Of a stretch of 64,000 nucleotides of DNA, positions 62,544 to 64,000 are shown piece after piece (positions within the stretch are counted from its first letter, which is position 1; each line of letters starts with the position of its first letter). Location of the stretch: NCBI GenBank assembly GCA_038087875.1, contig JAXLNO010000298.1:1-64000 (forward strand), written 5' to 3'. This DNA is from Malacoraja senta. Taxonomy: Eukaryota. Made by a program: the position numbers and the translations under genes. The notes beneath the pieces were generated by a model. It ran no database searches. It saw nothing but the letters and a program-made list of their open reading frames with translations, and was not told the origin of the DNA.

Positions 62544-62859
62544 CACTTGCTGTCTGTTTAAACTGCAGTTTTGAAAATCGAACACAAAGAAACACAACAT
62601 TTTCATCTTTTAGAATTATAGAATGCTAGAAAACAGAACGTAGAACAGTACAGCTCAGGAACAGGCCCCTCAGCCTACAAAGACTATGCTGAACATGATC
62701 TCCTCTGCCTACCTGTGATCCATATCCCTCTATTCCCTGCATATACATGCGCCTATCGGAAAGACTCTTAAACACCACTATCAAATCTGCCTCCAGCAGT
62801 CGCCCGTGGCAGTGCATTCCAGGCACCCATAACTCTGTGTAAAAAACTTCCCACACACA

Positions 62860-63872
62860 TCAATACATAACTAAAACTCTGATCTTGTTATCTTCCGGTT
62901 TGGCGCTCATTCTATTTGTGCAAAAACGGTACGCGATAGCGCTACGATTTTTTCGCCAGCTTACTCGCCGTTCTTCTGTGCTGCAATTGCACCAAGTTTT
63001 GTTCCGATCGGTGGAAGCTGGTAAGAGTGATCTAGGTTTCAAAATCATAAAAACCACGCGTGCGCAGATCGATTGCCTCTCCTGCCATTCAGCGCCACGT
63101 GGATTGGTCCCCTCTACTGTCACTCCACGGGACGTTCCACCCCTTGCTGCGCCATCGCGTTTTTACTGCAGCTGCGGGAGGCTCTGGATGGCCTGTGGAG
63201 GTCTCCAACCGGACACAATTTTCGGAGGGAGGGACCGGAAACGACCCGACCCAGCCCGGCCCGACCCAGCGCAACCCAGCCCGGCACAGTCGGAGATGGC
63301 GCCGATGTCGCCAAACGGAAAGCAGAGACTCTGATCCCGGTGGAGAAGAACGACCAGTGAAGTGACCAGCGGCCAGCGCCCGCTGTGAGTCTCCATCGCA
63401 CCGCCAACCCCTTCCCCTCTGGTCCCCCTCACTGGCTCCTGCCCCTCTCACCCGTGACACCACTCTCCCCCATGGCTCTTCCCCCTTCTTTTCTCCGAGC
63501 TCTCCCCACCCTGCCACACTGCTCTCCCCGCCCACAAACCACTCCATCACACGACTCCTCCCCGACCCACACCCCTCCCCCCCACACCCCTCCCCCCACA
63601 ACCCCCTGCCCACATCCCTCTCCCCCACCCACACATACCCCCCTCCCCCAACCCCTCTGCCCACACATACCCACCTCCCACACCCCTCACAACCCTCCCC
63701 CTGCCGACACCCCCCCACCACGCCACACACACACCCTCCTTCCCCCACATTCCTCTCTCCCCCCCTCGCAAACCCCTCCAGCCCACATACACACCTCCCC
63801 TCCCACCCTGCCCCCCCCCCCACCACACACACCCTGTGGTGACTGGGGTCCAACGGGTCCCACTTCGTCTAG
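62860..63872 (+). mobile_element. Non-autonomous Helitron with C-rich low-complexity interior
   Basis: 5' TC preceded by A (62859); 3' CTAG followed by T (63873); GC hairpin GGGGTCC-AAC-GGGTCCC about 11 nt before the 3' end; no TSD. Confidence 0.7.
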
Positions 63873-64000
63873 TGGCGGCGCGGCCCTGGCTGCAGCGGCT
63901 CATCGGCAGTCCCGTTTGTTTGTGTTTTTTGTGTTGTTTATTTTGTTTTGGTCAGTCTAGTTTTTGGTTTTTAGTTTGTGTTTTGGGGGGGTGGGGGGTT

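Noticed and set aside
63089..63960. Long Gly-rich and Pro-rich ORFs (254 aa, 191 aa)
   Set aside because: Artefacts of C-rich low-complexity sequence that lacks stop codons.
50232..64000. Next upstream DLGAP1 exon (..WFLKLLQAE..MEGWC..)
   Set aside because: Not found; it probably lies beyond the window end.

Overview
Repeat-dense vertebrate genomic DNA, most likely from a cartilaginous fish (skate/ray-like; inferred from HE1-type V-SINEs, CR1, Rex1/Babar and Penelope repeats). It holds the convergent 3' ends of two genes. TGIF1 has its last coding exon at 8644-9213 (+) and a TE-free 3' UTR to about 12.3 kb. DLGAP1 has its last three coding exons at 50140-50231, 49434-49586 and 38312-38527 (-) and a TE-free 3' UTR to about 35.8 kb. 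Nearly everything else is transposable element: about 20 V-SINEs, CR1 LINEs (one with an uninterrupted 566-codon RT ORF), Rex1/Babar LINEs, Penelope remnants, two PIF/Harbinger-type MITEs, a hAT MITE nested in one of them, a non-autonomous Helitron, an AFC-like CORE-SINE and an internally deleted Gypsy LTR element. Most notable: (1) in the Gypsy element the primer-binding site extends into about 46 nt of tRNA-Leu(CAA), has T at the m1A58 position and is fused directly to integrase, which looks like a fossil of RT read-through and aberrant strand transfer; (2) the Penelope-derived repeats carry minimal hammerhead-ribozyme cores, some in the sense of the DLGAP1 pre-mRNA. No database searches were run. 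Family assignments rest on motif recognition and recalled consensus sequences, and repeat boundaries are approximate unless a TSD is given.
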